From Phascolarctobacterium succinatutens CAG:287 (lineage in GTDB: Bacteria; Bacillota; Negativicutes; Acidaminococcales; Acidaminococcaceae), in NCBI RefSeq assembly GCF_000434895.1, contig NZ_FR892810.1, positions 1,144 to 65,143 on the forward strand: a stretch of DNA of 64,000 nucleotides. Reading direction: 5' to 3'. The translations under genes and the position numbers were made by a program. The first letter of the stretch is position 1; the number at the start of each line of letters is the position of its first letter. Under the pieces are notes generated by a model, which was not told the DNA's origin, did no database searches, and saw only the letters and a program-made list of their open reading frames with translations. This document shows, piece after piece, positions 36,589 through 47,218 of this stretch.

Positions 36589-39116
36589 TTTTTATCAAGC
36601 TCCTTTTTAATGGCATGATCAATATATTCTTTGAACTTATCCATACCCTCGGTAATACAGATATCCATGTTCAGGATATACAGAGGAATTTCGCGGGCAG
36701 AATAAATAAATTCAGTCGGAATCTTAACAGCATCCTTCGCCGTAGTAACCATCGCTACAGCCTTCAGGCTGCTGGCACGCTCGTTGATGTACTGCATTTC
36801 CAGCATACCGTAATCGTGATGGTCGGGATAGCGTACAGCCTCCATGATATTCAAACCTATACTTGACAGCGTCTGTTCAAAGGAGGACGGGTTGCCTATT
36901 GCGGAAAAGACCATAACATCCTTACCGCGCAGCTCTTCCAGATCCTTGATATTTTCGGAAATACCCTTGTACCAGTCGGCAATTTCCACAAAATTTTTCG
37001 GATGGTGAATACTTTCCACTACCGGTGCCTTGTCATTATATTTGGCAATAGTATGACGTAGCTGAATGCGGCTCAGCTTACTGCTCTGGTCGGTTTTAGT
37101 CAGCAGAAACAAATCGCCGCGACTCAGGTTTTCGAGCGGCTCACGCAGAGTACCACGCGGCAGCACACAACCGTTGCCGAACATATTCAGCGTATCTACC
37201 AGAACTACATCCAGGTCGCGTTCCAGCTGCCAGTGCTGATAGCCATCGTCCATAATGATAACCTCGGCATCCAGCTTTTCGACAGCATAGCGGCCGGTAA
37301 CAGCACGGTTTTTGCCGATGATAACAGGAATTCCCGGCAAAGTCTTGGCCATCAGGTAAGCTTCGTCACCTGCTTCATAGGCAGTCATGAAAATCTTATT
37401 GCCGTCGGAAACTACGCCCAGCTCCTTGCCCCAATGCGAACGGTAGCCGCGATTCAGGATAACAACGCGATAGCCCATAGACTTGATAATTGCCGCCATC
37501 TTCTGGGCGGTAGGAGTTTTACCGGTGCCGCCGACGGTAATATTACCGATAGAGATAACGCAGCAGTTCAGCTTTTCTCTGTGCAGCAGACCGCAATTAT
37601 ACATAGACAGCTTGCAGCAGACACCAAACTCATATAAATAAGACATGCCACGCAGAACTGCCAGCAGCAGCCAGCCGAAGAACGGAGTTTCCGGTCCATA
37701 GGCAACCTGCATAACATATTGGATAATCGCATCACCGTGACGCAGGCGTCCGCCGCCCTCATCCGTCAGGTTACGCGTATTAATCGGATAGCTTTTGTAT
37801 TCACGGGCAGGCACAGCAGTTAAATCAAGCAGCTCCTTGAGATAACGGATACTGCGCACATCTGCGCCGCGGTTCTCTTTGATAACCTGCAAGGAAGCCG
37901 CACCCATCTGCGCACGACGCTCATCATTGCCCAGAATGTCCAGCATTTCCTTCGTCAGCTCATCATTGTTGTTCACCATCTTGCAGGCCTTAACCTTGCT
38001 TAACAGTGCATAGGAATCCTTAAAGTTCTGCATGCTCGGGCCAACGAGAATCGGTTTGGCATGAGCAGCAGGCTCCAGTACGTTGTGACCGCCGGTATTG
38101 CTGAAGGAGCCGCCGACAAAAACAACATCGCCTACAGCATAAATACGTCCCAGCTCACCGATTGTATCAATAATCAGCAAAGGATATTCCTTACGCTCGC
38201 CGCTTTCCTCCAGCATTTTGGAACGGAAGCCTGTTTCATAGCCGTAATGACTTGCCAGCTTGGCAATTTCATCTGCTCTGGCAGTTTTACGCGGTGCGAT
38301 AATCAAACGCGCATGAGGATATTTTTCACGGATAGCCTTAAAGGATTCAAGCAGTACCTTTTCTTCACCCGGATGCGTAGAACCGGCAACGATAATAGGA
38401 TAATTCTCCTTCAAGCCAAGCTCAAAGCGATATTTTGCCAAATCCTCCGGCGTAACCTCGGCGTAGGTCTGGTCAAACTTGGTATTGCCGGTAACAAAGA
38501 TTTTGCTGCGGTCAGCACCAAGATGCGCAATATAGTCGGCATCAATGCTGGACTGCATGCAGAAGCGGGTTACGGTATTGAGCATATCATCCCAAATACC
38601 ATAAAGATATTTGTAGTTTTTAACGGATTTTTCGGAAATACGGCCATTTACCATCATTACGGGAATATGGCGTTCGCGGATAGCACGCAGGAAGTTAGGC
38701 CACAGCTCGGTTTCTACCGGCATGAATACACCTGGATGAATACGCTTGACCAAGGATTCTGCGACAAACGGTAAATCCAGCGGGAAGTAGATGATAGCAT
38801 CTGCTTCAGGAATAATTTGTTTAGCCATGTTATAGCCGCCTACGGTAAAAGCAGATACCAGCACCGGACGCTCCGGCATTTCCTTGCGGATTTGTTTAAC
38901 CAGCGGACTGGTGGCAACAATTTCACCTACGGACGCACCATGAATCCAAACACAGTCCTTGCCGATAACCTTAGCGATTTCCTTTTCATCTACACAGCCC
39001 AGACTCTGCTTAAAGCGCAAAGCGAAGCCTTTTTCTGTAAACAGGCGGTAAGTGTAATAGGGGACAATAAAAATTACCAACACTATTAAAATAAGAATAT
39101 TGTAGAGTATATACAT
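36585..39116 (-). CDS. bifunctional Kdo transferase (WaaA/KdtA) fused to tetraacyldisaccharide 4'-kinase (LpxK)
   Basis: N-terminal roughly 430 aa are a GT30 Kdo transferase (N-terminal TM helix; GASVGEIV..., HPGEE...). The C-terminal roughly 400 aa carry the LpxK P-loop SIGNITVGGTGKTP and LpxK C-terminal block (VTTAKDAVKIP). Single uninterrupted 843-aa ORF. Confidence 0.85.
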   Translation of the reverse strand: MYILYNILILIVLVIFIVPYYTYRLFTEKGFALRFKQSLGCVDEKEIAKVIGKDCVWIHGASVGEIVATSPLVKQIRKEMPERPVLVSAFTVGGYNMAKQIIPEADAIIYFPLDLPFVAESLVKRIHPGVFMPVETELWPNFLRAIRERHIPVMMVNGRISEKSVKNYKYLYGIWDDMLNTVTRFCMQSSIDADYIAHLGADRSKIFVTGNTKFDQTYAEVTPEDLAKYRFELGLKENYPIIVAGSTHPGEEKVLLESFKAIREKYPHARLIIAPRKTARADEIAKLASHYGYETGFRSKMLEESGERKEYPLLIIDTIGELGRIYAVGDVVFVGGSFSNTGGHNVLEPAAHAKPILVGPSMQNFKDSYALLSKVKACKMVNNNDELTKEMLDILGNDERRAQMGAASLQVIKENRGADVRSIRYLKELLDLTAVPAREYKSYPINTRNLTDEGGGRLRHGDAIIQYVMQVAYGPETPFFGWLLLAVLRGMSYLYEFGVCCKLSMYNCGLLHREKLNCCVISIGNITVGGTGKTPTAQKMAAIIKSMGYRVVILNRGYRSHWGKELGVVSDGNKIFMTAYEAGDEAYLMAKTLPGIPVIIGKNRAVTGRYAVEKLDAEVIIMDDGYQHWQLERDLDVVLVDTLNMFGNGCVLPRGTLREPLENLSRGDLFLLTKTDQSSKLSRIQLRHTIAKYNDKAPVVESIHHPKNFVEIADWYKGISENIKDLEELRGKDVMVFSAIGNPSSFEQTLSSIGLNIMEAVRYPDHHDYGMLEMQYINERASSLKAVAMVTTAKDAVKIPTEFIYSAREIPLYILNMDICITEGMDKFKEYIDHAIKKELDKK

Positions 39117-39135
39117 TTACTAACCTCTTTTCGCC

Positions 39136-40869
39136 TTACTTGGCTTCCTTGCTGCGATACTGAATCTTATACAGATGCGCGTACAGCCCGTCCATAGCCA
39201 TTAGCTCATCATGGTTACCTTGCTCGATAAGCTGGCCCTTTTCCAGAACCATAATCTTATCGGCATTTTTAATCGTTGAAAGACGATGCGCAATAACAAA
39301 GGATGTTCTGCCTACCATCAGGCGGTCCAGAGCCTCCTGTACCACGCGCTCGCTTTCCGTATCTAGTGCAGAGGTTGCCTCGTCGAGAATCAGAATCTGC
39401 GGGTTTTTCAATATTGCCCGGGCAATGGAAATACGCTGACGCTGGCCACCGGAAATATTCATGCCACGGTCACCCAGCATTGTTTCGTATCCATCAGGCA
39501 ATTGCATAATAAAGTCGTGGGCATTAGCAGCCTTTGCTGCTGCCTCTACCTCCTCACGAGTCGCATCAAGGCGGCCGTAAAGAATGTTATCATAAACAGA
39601 GCCGTTGAACAGCACTGTTTCCTGCGGTACGATACCAACCTGCTCACGCAGGGAATCAAGCGTAACCTTGCGGATATCCTGACCGTCAATCGTAATGCTG
39701 CCGTTAATCGCATCGTAGAACCGCGGCAACAGGCTGGCTACGGTAGATTTACCAGCACCGGAAGGACCGACAAAGGCAACCATTTCGCCTGGCTTAACCT
39801 CAAAGGAAACATGGCTCAGCACCTCTTCGTTTTCGTTGTAAGCAAAGCTTACATCATTGAAGCGTACATCACCCTTCACCTTCGGCAGAGCTTTGGCATC
39901 AGGTGCATTTTTAATATCTTCCGGTAAATCAAGTACGTCAAAAACACGCTGCGCTGCAGCCAATGCCTTCTGAATATTGCCGATAACGCGGCTCAAACGT
40001 TTAATCGGGTTAGAAATATTAACAGCATAGGTCAGGAAGGCTACCAGAGAGCCTGCGGTGATACTGCCATTGATAACGCTGTTGCCGCCGTACCAGAGAA
40101 TAATGGAAACGCCGACAGCCGCAACAAATTCAATCGTCGGAGTAAGCGTTGAGGAAAGCTGTGCATACTTCATATTAGCACGGAAGTTGTTCATATTTTC
40201 CTTGTCAAAACGGTCCACTTCATAGCCTTCACGCACAAAGGATTTGATTACGCGCGGAGAGGAAGCAACCTCCTGCAGTACAGAGGTAATATCAGCAGCA
40301 GCCTCCTGAATACGACTACCGGATTTACGGATGCGTTTGCCAAAACTGTCGATAAAGAAGAGTACCACCGGAAAGGTTGCAAAGGTTACAAGAAACAGCT
40401 TCCAGTCCAAATAAATCATCATGACAATAGAAGCTACCAAAATCACTGTTTCAGTAATCATTTCCACAACGTTGTCCACCATCGCAGATTGCAATGCACT
40501 TACGTCGTTGGTCACATAGCTCATAATCGTACCGGTTTTATGCTTGTCGTAAAAGCTCATGCTCAGGCGCTGCAGCTTTTCAAAAACGGCCTTACGGATA
40601 TCAATAATCACGCGCTGACCGACATAGTTCATCAGATAGCTCTGACCATAATAAGCAATACCACGAATAACAAATACAACAATAATGCTTAATACTATCC
40701 AATTCAGCATAGTTGTATTTTTTTCACTCAACACCTGGTCAACCATATCCTTGATAACAAACGGCAAATAAGCTGTACCACCTGCAGCAATAATAGTACA
40801 AATTCCAGCTGCCAAGCCTCGTTTCCAATATGGTTTAATATATTTCAATGCTCGAAAGTATAAATTCAT
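39136..40869 (-). CDS. msbA: lipid A export ABC transporter permease/ATPase
   Basis: Six-TM exporter domain plus NBD with Walker A GPSGAGKST, signature ISGGQRQRISIARA, Walker B ILILDEATSALD. Within the lpx cluster. Confidence 0.85.
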   Translation of the reverse strand: MNLYFRALKYIKPYWKRGLAAGICTIIAAGGTAYLPFVIKDMVDQVLSEKNTTMLNWIVLSIIVVFVIRGIAYYGQSYLMNYVGQRVIIDIRKAVFEKLQRLSMSFYDKHKTGTIMSYVTNDVSALQSAMVDNVVEMITETVILVASIVMMIYLDWKLFLVTFATFPVVLFFIDSFGKRIRKSGSRIQEAAADITSVLQEVASSPRVIKSFVREGYEVDRFDKENMNNFRANMKYAQLSSTLTPTIEFVAAVGVSIILWYGGNSVINGSITAGSLVAFLTYAVNISNPIKRLSRVIGNIQKALAAAQRVFDVLDLPEDIKNAPDAKALPKVKGDVRFNDVSFAYNENEEVLSHVSFEVKPGEMVAFVGPSGAGKSTVASLLPRFYDAINGSITIDGQDIRKVTLDSLREQVGIVPQETVLFNGSVYDNILYGRLDATREEVEAAAKAANAHDFIMQLPDGYETMLGDRGMNISGGQRQRISIARAILKNPQILILDEATSALDTESERVVQEALDRLMVGRTSFVIAHRLSTIKNADKIMVLEKGQLIEQGNHDELMAMDGLYAHLYKIQYRSKEAK

Positions 40870-42002
40870 TTTCTCTCCTCAGTCATTTTTAAGATTAATT
40901 GAGCGACACGATTTACCGCACCGGGTTCACCAAGTCTGTGCTTCATATATGACAAATCGCTTTGCATCTGTGCCTGACGCTCAGGCTGCAACAGCTCTAC
41001 TGCAGTTTTCGCTAATTTTTCCGGGGTGAAGTCCTCCTGCAGCAGCTCCGGCATAATTGTTCTGCCGGCTACGATATTAGGTAAGCCGATATTGGGAATG
41101 TTAATTACCAGACGCGCTATAAATGCATTCAGTGCCGATGTACGATAGACAATCACGCTCGGCAGTCCGCATAAAGCAGCCTCCAGCGTTACTGTGCCGC
41201 TGGTTGCCAGCGCCAGGTCCGCCACACTGAACAAATCATAGTTATGGCCTTCGGTAATTTTCACCTCAATGCCATACGCCGCAATTTTTTCCTGCAGCAT
41301 GAGCAGCGGAATAGTATTGGCACGCGGCATAACAAACTGCACATCTGGCATTTGCTTCTGTAAAAGCTTGGCGCCTGCCAGCAGCGTCGGCAGCATTTTT
41401 TCAATTTCCATCAGACGGCTGCCGGGCATCAGCAGCACCAGCTTTTTGCCGGGCTGCTTGCCGGCCCAGGCTTCAGCCTCGGCCTTTGTCATTGTAGGAT
41501 GTACAATATCCAGCAGCGGATGACCTACAAACTCTACGGGAGCACCTGCTTCCTTATACACATCGTATTCAAAAGGAAAGATGCAGGCAACCTTATCCAC
41601 TATTTTCGCAACCTTTTTGGCACGGCCCTTGTTCCAGGCCCATGCCGACGGAGCAATATATGATACAACGGGAATTCCTTTATCATGAGCCAGCTTAGCC
41701 AGCTTCATATTAAAACCGGGGTAATCGACAACCACTAGACAGTCCGGCTTGCGTTCGTCCATAATGCGCGCAAAATCACTGCGCAGGCGGAATAAATCCG
41801 GCAGCTTGCGGATAACCTCCACAAAGCCCATTACGCCATGGTCCTTAATGTCCCACAGCACCTCGCCGCCAGCCTGACGCAGAGCGTCGCCGCCCATGCC
41901 AAAGACCTCAGCCTTGCTATCAAGTTTTTTTATAGCAGCAGTCACAGCAGCTGCATGGATATCGCCAGAGGCTTCTCCGGCAGATATTAATATTTTCGCC
42001 AT
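40866..42002 (-). CDS. lpxB: lipid-A-disaccharide synthase
   Basis: GT19 N-terminus KILISAGEASGDIHAA... and a central PGSR block. Start set to the ATG at 42002, which has an AAGGAGA RBS; the first ATG (42017) lies within the RBS. Confidence 0.9.
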   Translation of the reverse strand: MAKILISAGEASGDIHAAAVTAAIKKLDSKAEVFGMGGDALRQAGGEVLWDIKDHGVMGFVEVIRKLPDLFRLRSDFARIMDERKPDCLVVVDYPGFNMKLAKLAHDKGIPVVSYIAPSAWAWNKGRAKKVAKIVDKVACIFPFEYDVYKEAGAPVEFVGHPLLDIVHPTMTKAEAEAWAGKQPGKKLVLLMPGSRLMEIEKMLPTLLAGAKLLQKQMPDVQFVMPRANTIPLLMLQEKIAAYGIEVKITEGHNYDLFSVADLALATSGTVTLEAALCGLPSVIVYRTSALNAFIARLVINIPNIGLPNIVAGRTIMPELLQEDFTPEKLAKTAVELLQPERQAQMQSDLSYMKHRLGEPGAVNRVAQLILKMTEERK

Positions 42003-42106
42003 GATGTCTCCTTGCATTTACCTATATATATTCAGTATATATTATAACACAAAAAGCGGCTGACATAAGCTATCAGCCGCTAAGAAATACGAAATTTTTA
42101 CGATAT

Positions 42107-42913
42107 TTATTTTACAAGAATGGTAATATTGTGCTCATCTGCCAGCGCAATCACCTTTTCGCGCTCCGGAATGATAGTATTACCTGCTTCAATGATAGCT
42201 CCGGTAGCACCGGCATGAATCATAGATTCAATCGTTGTCGTACCAAAACCGGGAATATCAAAGCGTTGATCCTGCTTCGGCTTGGCAGCCTTGGCTACAA
42301 TCACACCGCCCTTGCCTAAAAAACCGCCGCGCAAAATGCAGGCATCAGTGCCTTCAATTGCTTCTACTGCCATCACAGCACGATTTTTTACAACTACGGT
42401 CTGACCAATATCAAGTCCGCCGATAGCCTTCGCCATCTCAAAGCCAAATTCCATATCCGCAAGCTCTGCCTCTGTAGGCTTACGCTTTGTCAGAACGCCA
42501 GGCTGTGGCAAAAGCGGTTTGATCAGCAAGGTCTGATCCATAACCTCAATGCCTTCGTCCTCCAGCTCCTTAACAATCGCATTCATGATAGTATCATCCT
42601 TACGGTTCGGAATAGTAGCTAAAATTTTTATCGCCCGCAGATCAGGAACAATCCTGCCTGCTTTGTACAAAACTTCCTTTGTTACCTTACCGATCATGGT
42701 GACCTTGGTAACCTTATTTTTTTTCAGCGTAGAAATAATCTTGCCAATTTTGCCGATGTTGATATCGTAATAAGCATCAACACTGCCAGGCAGCTCCTCG
42801 TCAATCCCGGGAACAACACCTACAGCGACAACATGGTAACCCAGCTCCTTTGCCGAGCGTGCTACCTCTACCGGCAGATGTCCGACACCTGAAAGTACGC
42901 CCAGCACCTCCAT
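42107..42913 (-). CDS. lpxI: UDP-2,3-diacylglucosamine pyrophosphatase LpxI (DUF1009 family)
   Basis: Two-domain LpxI-like sequence (LGVLSGVGHLPVEVA ... GGLDIGQTVVVKNRAVMAVEAIEGTD ... RFDIPGFGTTT), between lpxA and lpxB as in lpxI-type clusters. Start chosen at ATG 42913 (GAGG RBS) rather than 42955. Confidence 0.7.
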   Translation of the reverse strand: MEVLGVLSGVGHLPVEVARSAKELGYHVVAVGVVPGIDEELPGSVDAYYDINIGKIGKIISTLKKNKVTKVTMIGKVTKEVLYKAGRIVPDLRAIKILATIPNRKDDTIMNAIVKELEDEGIEVMDQTLLIKPLLPQPGVLTKRKPTEAELADMEFGFEMAKAIGGLDIGQTVVVKNRAVMAVEAIEGTDACILRGGFLGKGGVIVAKAAKPKQDQRFDIPGFGTTTIESMIHAGATGAIIEAGNTIIPEREKVIALADEHNITILVK

Positions 42914-42917
42914 AGCC

Positions 42918-43724
42918 TTAGCCTCTGCGTGTACGGATAATACCGCGTTCAACATTGCGCAGGAAACGCAGCAGATGTTCCATCGGCTCGGAGCTTGTCA
43001 GCTCCTGCTCCATAGTGCTGATTGCCTCCTGCAGTGGCAGGCCGCTGCGATAAAGAATGCGGAAAGCCTTTTTCAGCTCGCTGCGCTCTTCTACCGGCAT
43101 ACCGGCACGGGAAAGACCAACGCTGTTCAGGCCGGAAACAAAGGCAGGATCACCGGCGCAGATCATGAACGGAGGAACATCCTGGGTTACACGTGCCATA
43201 CCGCCAATCATTGCGTTACGGCCAATCTTGCAGAACTGGTGTACTGCAGACAAGCCGCCGATAACGGCACGGTCCTCAACGATAACGTGGCCTGCAAGCG
43301 TAGCAACATTGGACATGATAACATTATTGCCTACAATGCAGTTATGCGCTACATGGGTATAGGCCATCATCAGGATATTGTTGCCGATACGGGTTTCGTT
43401 GCCTTCGCCGCATGCACGATGAACAGTGCAACATTCACGGAAGCTGCCGCCATCCCCGATAATGGTATAGCTTTTTTCACCTACAAATTTTAAATCCTGC
43501 GGTACTGCGCCAATAGAGCAGCCCGGGAAAAAGTGGCAATTCTTGCCGATTTTAGTATATGGATGGATAGTCACATGTGCGCCAATCACGCAGCCGTCGC
43601 CAATCTCCGTATCTTCGTCGATAACAGCATAAGGACCTACGCTAACGTCCTTGCCGATTTTAGCAGACGGATGAATGATTGCAGTTTCATGGATACCACT
43701 AGTTGGCATAATAACCGAACTCAT
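42918..43724 (-). CDS. lpxA: acyl-ACP--UDP-N-acetylglucosamine O-acyltransferase
   Basis: Hexapeptide-repeat left-handed beta-helix (IHPSAKIGKDVSVGPYAVIDEDTEIGDGCVIGAHV...) and C-terminal LpxA helical domain. Start chosen at ATG 43724 (GGGGAG RBS); the ORF-track start at 43733 is a GTG. Confidence 0.9.
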   Translation of the reverse strand: MSSVIMPTSGIHETAIIHPSAKIGKDVSVGPYAVIDEDTEIGDGCVIGAHVTIHPYTKIGKNCHFFPGCSIGAVPQDLKFVGEKSYTIIGDGGSFRECCTVHRACGEGNETRIGNNILMMAYTHVAHNCIVGNNVIMSNVATLAGHVIVEDRAVIGGLSAVHQFCKIGRNAMIGGMARVTQDVPPFMICAGDPAFVSGLNSVGLSRAGMPVEERSELKKAFRILYRSGLPLQEAISTMEQELTSSEPMEHLLRFLRNVERGIIRTRRG

Positions 43725-43900
43725 TATTTTCACTCCCCAAACAAGATGTTAATCAAGCAATTAAATATAAATATAATACTATAATCACAGGTATCCACGA
43801 TTTTTAACATTACAAAAATCACAGTTAAATGAAATTAGCATTAATTTTAGCTGTATTGCTCGCTTATTCTACCAATTACAGCTTTTTTGTATTTTGCTGA

Positions 43901-44347
43901 TTAATTTTCTTTCGGGTCCATAATAGCAAAGGTGCAATCGCATTCGCAGGCAACCTTGCCGTCAACCTTACCCTCGCAATGAATGATACCCATGCTGCCG
44001 CGCATAATTTTAGTTACCTCAGCGGTGGTTACAACCTGGTCACCGGGCACAACCTGCTTGCGGAAGCGCACATTGTCTATTTTAGCGAAAACAGCAATCT
44101 TGCCGCGGTTTTCTTCCGGATACAGCATAGCAACGCCGCCAACCTGAGCCATAGCCTCAATCAGCAGAACGCCGGGCATAATCGGTTCATTAGGGAAATG
44201 ACCTAAGAACTGCATTTCATTAGCGGTAATATTTTTAATACCTACTGCGCGCTTCATAGGCTCAACTTCCAGAATGCGGTCAACCAAAAGCATCGGATAA
44301 CGATGCGGCAGAATCTTTTTAATTTCGTTAATATCTAATACTGTCAT
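43901..44347 (-). CDS. fabZ: 3-hydroxyacyl-ACP dehydratase
   Basis: Hot-dog fold with [15 protein letters not shown] ... [22 protein letters not shown] signature. 148 aa. Classical lpxD-fabZ-lpxA linkage. Confidence 0.9.
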   Translation of the reverse strand: MTVLDINEIKKILPHRYPMLLVDRILEVEPMKRAVGIKNITANEMQFLGHFPNEPIMPGVLLIEAMAQVGGVAMLYPEENRGKIAVFAKIDNVRFRKQVVPGDQVVTTAEVTKIMRGSMGIIHCEGKVDGKVACECDCTFAIMDPKEN

Positions 44348-44350
44348 TTA

Positions 44351-45199
44351 TTACTCCCCCTTTGTTCTGTAAGCCTGTATTTGCTTAGCGATTGCGGAAT
44401 TAAAGGCATGGCCTGTTTTTACGGCAATAACATGCGCTTTAATCGGTCCCAGCAGATACAAGTCGCCGATGGCATCAAGTATCTTGTGTCTGATCAGTTC
44501 ATCGTCAAAACGCGGCACAGAAAGAATTTTTTCATCATCAAAAACAACTACATTCTCTAACGAACCGCCAAGTCCCAGTCCCATCTTACGCAGCATTTCC
44601 AGCTCGGAAGTAAAAGCCACTGTTCTGGCAGCCATAATATCCTTTTTAAAGCTCTCCTTATCGAGCAGGATATCGAAATACTGGGTTCCCAGCATCGGAT
44701 GACTGTTGATGGATGTAAAAGAAATTCTGTAGCCGTCATAAGGTAAAATAACGATATAACGGTCATTGTCATAAACGGAAAATGCTTTATCAACGGCATA
44801 TATATGACGTTCTGCCTCCTGCTGCACCGGTTCTGCTTTTTCAATCAGCTCGCAGAAAACCTTAGCACTGCCGTCGGTTACCGGCGGTTCCGGGGAAGAC
44901 ATTTCAATACGGATATTGTCAATCGCCATCATAGACAGCGCACCCATAAGATGCTCAACTGTAAAAACCTCAGCACCATTGGCACTAAGTGTTGTTGCCT
45001 TTACCGTGGAGCTTACATTCTCCGGCAAAGCTTTTATTTCCGGTCTGTCAGGTAAATCGGTACGGATGAAGATGATGCCTGTATCAGGTGCTGCAGGCTT
45101 CAGCGTCATCAGCACATCCTTGCCGGAATGCAGACCAATGCCAGAATAGGATACCTCTTTAGCAATTGTATGCTGGTATTCCTTTTTTTGTTCGGTCAT
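44351..45199 (-). CDS. lpxC: UDP-3-O-acyl-N-acetylglucosamine deacetylase
   Basis: LpxC motifs (SGIGLHSGKDV ... TVEHLMGAL ... HKILDAIGDL). About 280 aa. Confidence 0.9.
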   Translation of the reverse strand: MTEQKKEYQHTIAKEVSYSGIGLHSGKDVLMTLKPAAPDTGIIFIRTDLPDRPEIKALPENVSSTVKATTLSANGAEVFTVEHLMGALSMMAIDNIRIEMSSPEPPVTDGSAKVFCELIEKAEPVQQEAERHIYAVDKAFSVYDNDRYIVILPYDGYRISFTSINSHPMLGTQYFDILLDKESFKKDIMAARTVAFTSELEMLRKMGLGLGGSLENVVVFDDEKILSVPRFDDELIRHKILDAIGDLYLLGPIKAHVIAVKTGHAFNSAIAKQIQAYRTKGE

Positions 45200-45220
45200 T
45201 TTGCTCCTCCTTTATCAAAT

Positions 45221-46111
45221 TTATTTTTTTCTGCCAAACCGCTGGCGTCCGTCCTTCCAACGGTCATGCACCCAGAACCACATTTCCGGATGCGCAATAA
45301 TCTCATGCTCCAGAATTGTAACCAGTTCACGGGTTACTGCGTAAAAATCCTGCTCCTTGTTTTTCGTTTTCGGGGTGTACAAGGGAGGATAAATTTTAGC
45401 AGTACAGCTGCCATCTGCATTGTTGTGCAGAAAGATTGGTAAAATCGGTGAACCGTAAATACGCGAAAGCGCCGCCGGTCCCATCGGGATAACAGAATCC
45501 TTGCCGAACAGATCAATGCGCACGCCATCATCATTCGTATCCTGGTCGTAAAGAATACCCAGAAGATTTTTTTCACGCAGCATACGGCTGATTGCCAGCA
45601 AGCCATGCTCACCACGGTTATAGGTAACCTTTTGTCCTACCATCTGGCGGAATTCATTGATGAGCTTATCCATGTGACCATTATTCTGCTTACGCGTAAT
45701 GGAAAGCATAGGATAGCCATGCAGCGCTACAGTTGCGCCTAAAAGCTCCCAGTTACCGTAATGGCCGGTAGCCATAATGACGCCCTTGCCCTGTGCATAG
45801 GCAGCCTCCAGATATTCCAGGCCTTCTACCATTACTTTTTGGTCAATATTATCCTTATTCAGCAAGGGGAAGCGCATAACCTCCACGACCATGCGACCAA
45901 AGCGATGCAGGCTTTCTTCAGCGATTTGGGCCGCTCTTGCTTCATCAACCCCCAGGCATTCGCGAATGTTGGCCTCTGCCATCTGCATACGCCAGCGCGG
46001 TACAACCATTACTGCTACGCTGCCCAGAAATTTTGCCACCAGCTTGCGCAGCCACAGGGGTGAAACACACATAAATTTACTAAAAAGCTTGACTATATAA
46101 TAACCTAACAA
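45221..46111 (-). CDS. second lipid A biosynthesis acyltransferase (LpxL/LpxM family)
   Basis: Paralog of 32449..33351 (VIMATGHYGNWELLG ... GILYDQDTNDDG ... PMGPAALSRIYGSPILP). About 295 aa. Confidence 0.7.
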   Translation of the reverse strand: MLGYYIVKLFSKFMCVSPLWLRKLVAKFLGSVAVMVVPRWRMQMAEANIRECLGVDEARAAQIAEESLHRFGRMVVEVMRFPLLNKDNIDQKVMVEGLEYLEAAYAQGKGVIMATGHYGNWELLGATVALHGYPMLSITRKQNNGHMDKLINEFRQMVGQKVTYNRGEHGLLAISRMLREKNLLGILYDQDTNDDGVRIDLFGKDSVIPMGPAALSRIYGSPILPIFLHNNADGSCTAKIYPPLYTPKTKNKEQDFYAVTRELVTILEHEIIAHPEMWFWVHDRWKDGRQRFGRKK

Positions 46112-46126
46112 GCCTTCACCACCTAC

Positions 46127-47149
46127 TTATTTTTTCAGCTCTGCCAGTTCCTTTTCCAGAGCCTTAATGCGCTTGAGCATATCGCCCACCTTGCGCAAAT
46201 TTGCTTCCTGGCGCAGCCATTCCTTCATTGGCATTGCAGGGAAGCCACCCATAACAGAGTTATCAGGAACATTGTTGGTAATGCCGGTTTTGCCACCAAA
46301 TACGCAGTTGTTGCCAATGGTAATATGACCGACAGTACCAACCTGGCCAGCAAAGGTAACATTATTGCCAACAGTTACGCTGCCGGAAATACCCACATGC
46401 GCAACAACAAGACAGTTTTCACCTAAGATATCGTTGTGGCCCAGATGTACCAGATTATCAATCTTGGTGCCCTTGCCAACAATCGTGCTGTCCACGGTAG
46501 CACGGTCAATGCAGGTGTTGTTGCCAATCTCTACATCATCCTGCAGCACTACATTACCGGTTTGCAGCACCTTGCTGTGCTTGCCGTTCTGAGTAATATA
46601 GCCGAAGCCATCACCGCCGATAACAGAACCGGACTGCAGAATAACCCTGTCGCCCAGCACGCAATCCTCACGGATGGTGGTATTAGGATAAAGAGTGCAA
46701 TCCTTGCCCATTTTTACGCGTTTGCCAACATAAGCGTGTGGATAAATAACGCAGCCGTCACCAATCTCAGCATCGTCCTCTACTACCGCAAAGGGTTGGA
46801 TAGCAACATTGCTGCCGATTTTTGCTTTTTTGGATACATAAGCATAGGGACTGATAACGCGCTCTACCTTCTCCTGCGGGCGGAACAGCTCCAGCAGGGC
46901 AGCGAAAGCTGCACGCGGGTTAGCAACTCTGATAACCGGACGACCATCAAGCTCCGGATCCTCAGGGCTCAGAACCATTACACCGGCCTTGCTGAGATGA
47001 CAATGCTCTACATGAGGCGGCACAGCAAAGGAAATATCCTTCGGACCTGCCTCCACCAGTCCATTGACACCGGTAATGAGCAATTCGGGGTTATCATGCT
47101 CTACTGTACCTTTTAAAAACTCAGCTAATTCTTGTACACTCTTCTCCAT
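46127..47149 (-). CDS. lpxD: UDP-3-O-(3-hydroxyacyl)glucosamine N-acyltransferase
   Basis: N-terminal LpxD domain plus long hexapeptide-repeat beta-helix and C-terminal coiled-coil (KRIKALEKELAELKK). About 340 aa. Confidence 0.9.
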   Translation of the reverse strand: MEKSVQELAEFLKGTVEHDNPELLITGVNGLVEAGPKDISFAVPPHVEHCHLSKAGVMVLSPEDPELDGRPVIRVANPRAAFAALLELFRPQEKVERVISPYAYVSKKAKIGSNVAIQPFAVVEDDAEIGDGCVIYPHAYVGKRVKMGKDCTLYPNTTIREDCVLGDRVILQSGSVIGGDGFGYITQNGKHSKVLQTGNVVLQDDVEIGNNTCIDRATVDSTIVGKGTKIDNLVHLGHNDILGENCLVVAHVGISGSVTVGNNVTFAGQVGTVGHITIGNNCVFGGKTGITNNVPDNSVMGGFPAMPMKEWLRQEANLRKVGDMLKRIKALEKELAELKK

Positions 47150-47218
47150 TTCATACCTCCACCATAAAGCTACTTACGCAAAAAGCGGACGGACTACCCG
47201 CCCGCTTCAGGGTGCTGC

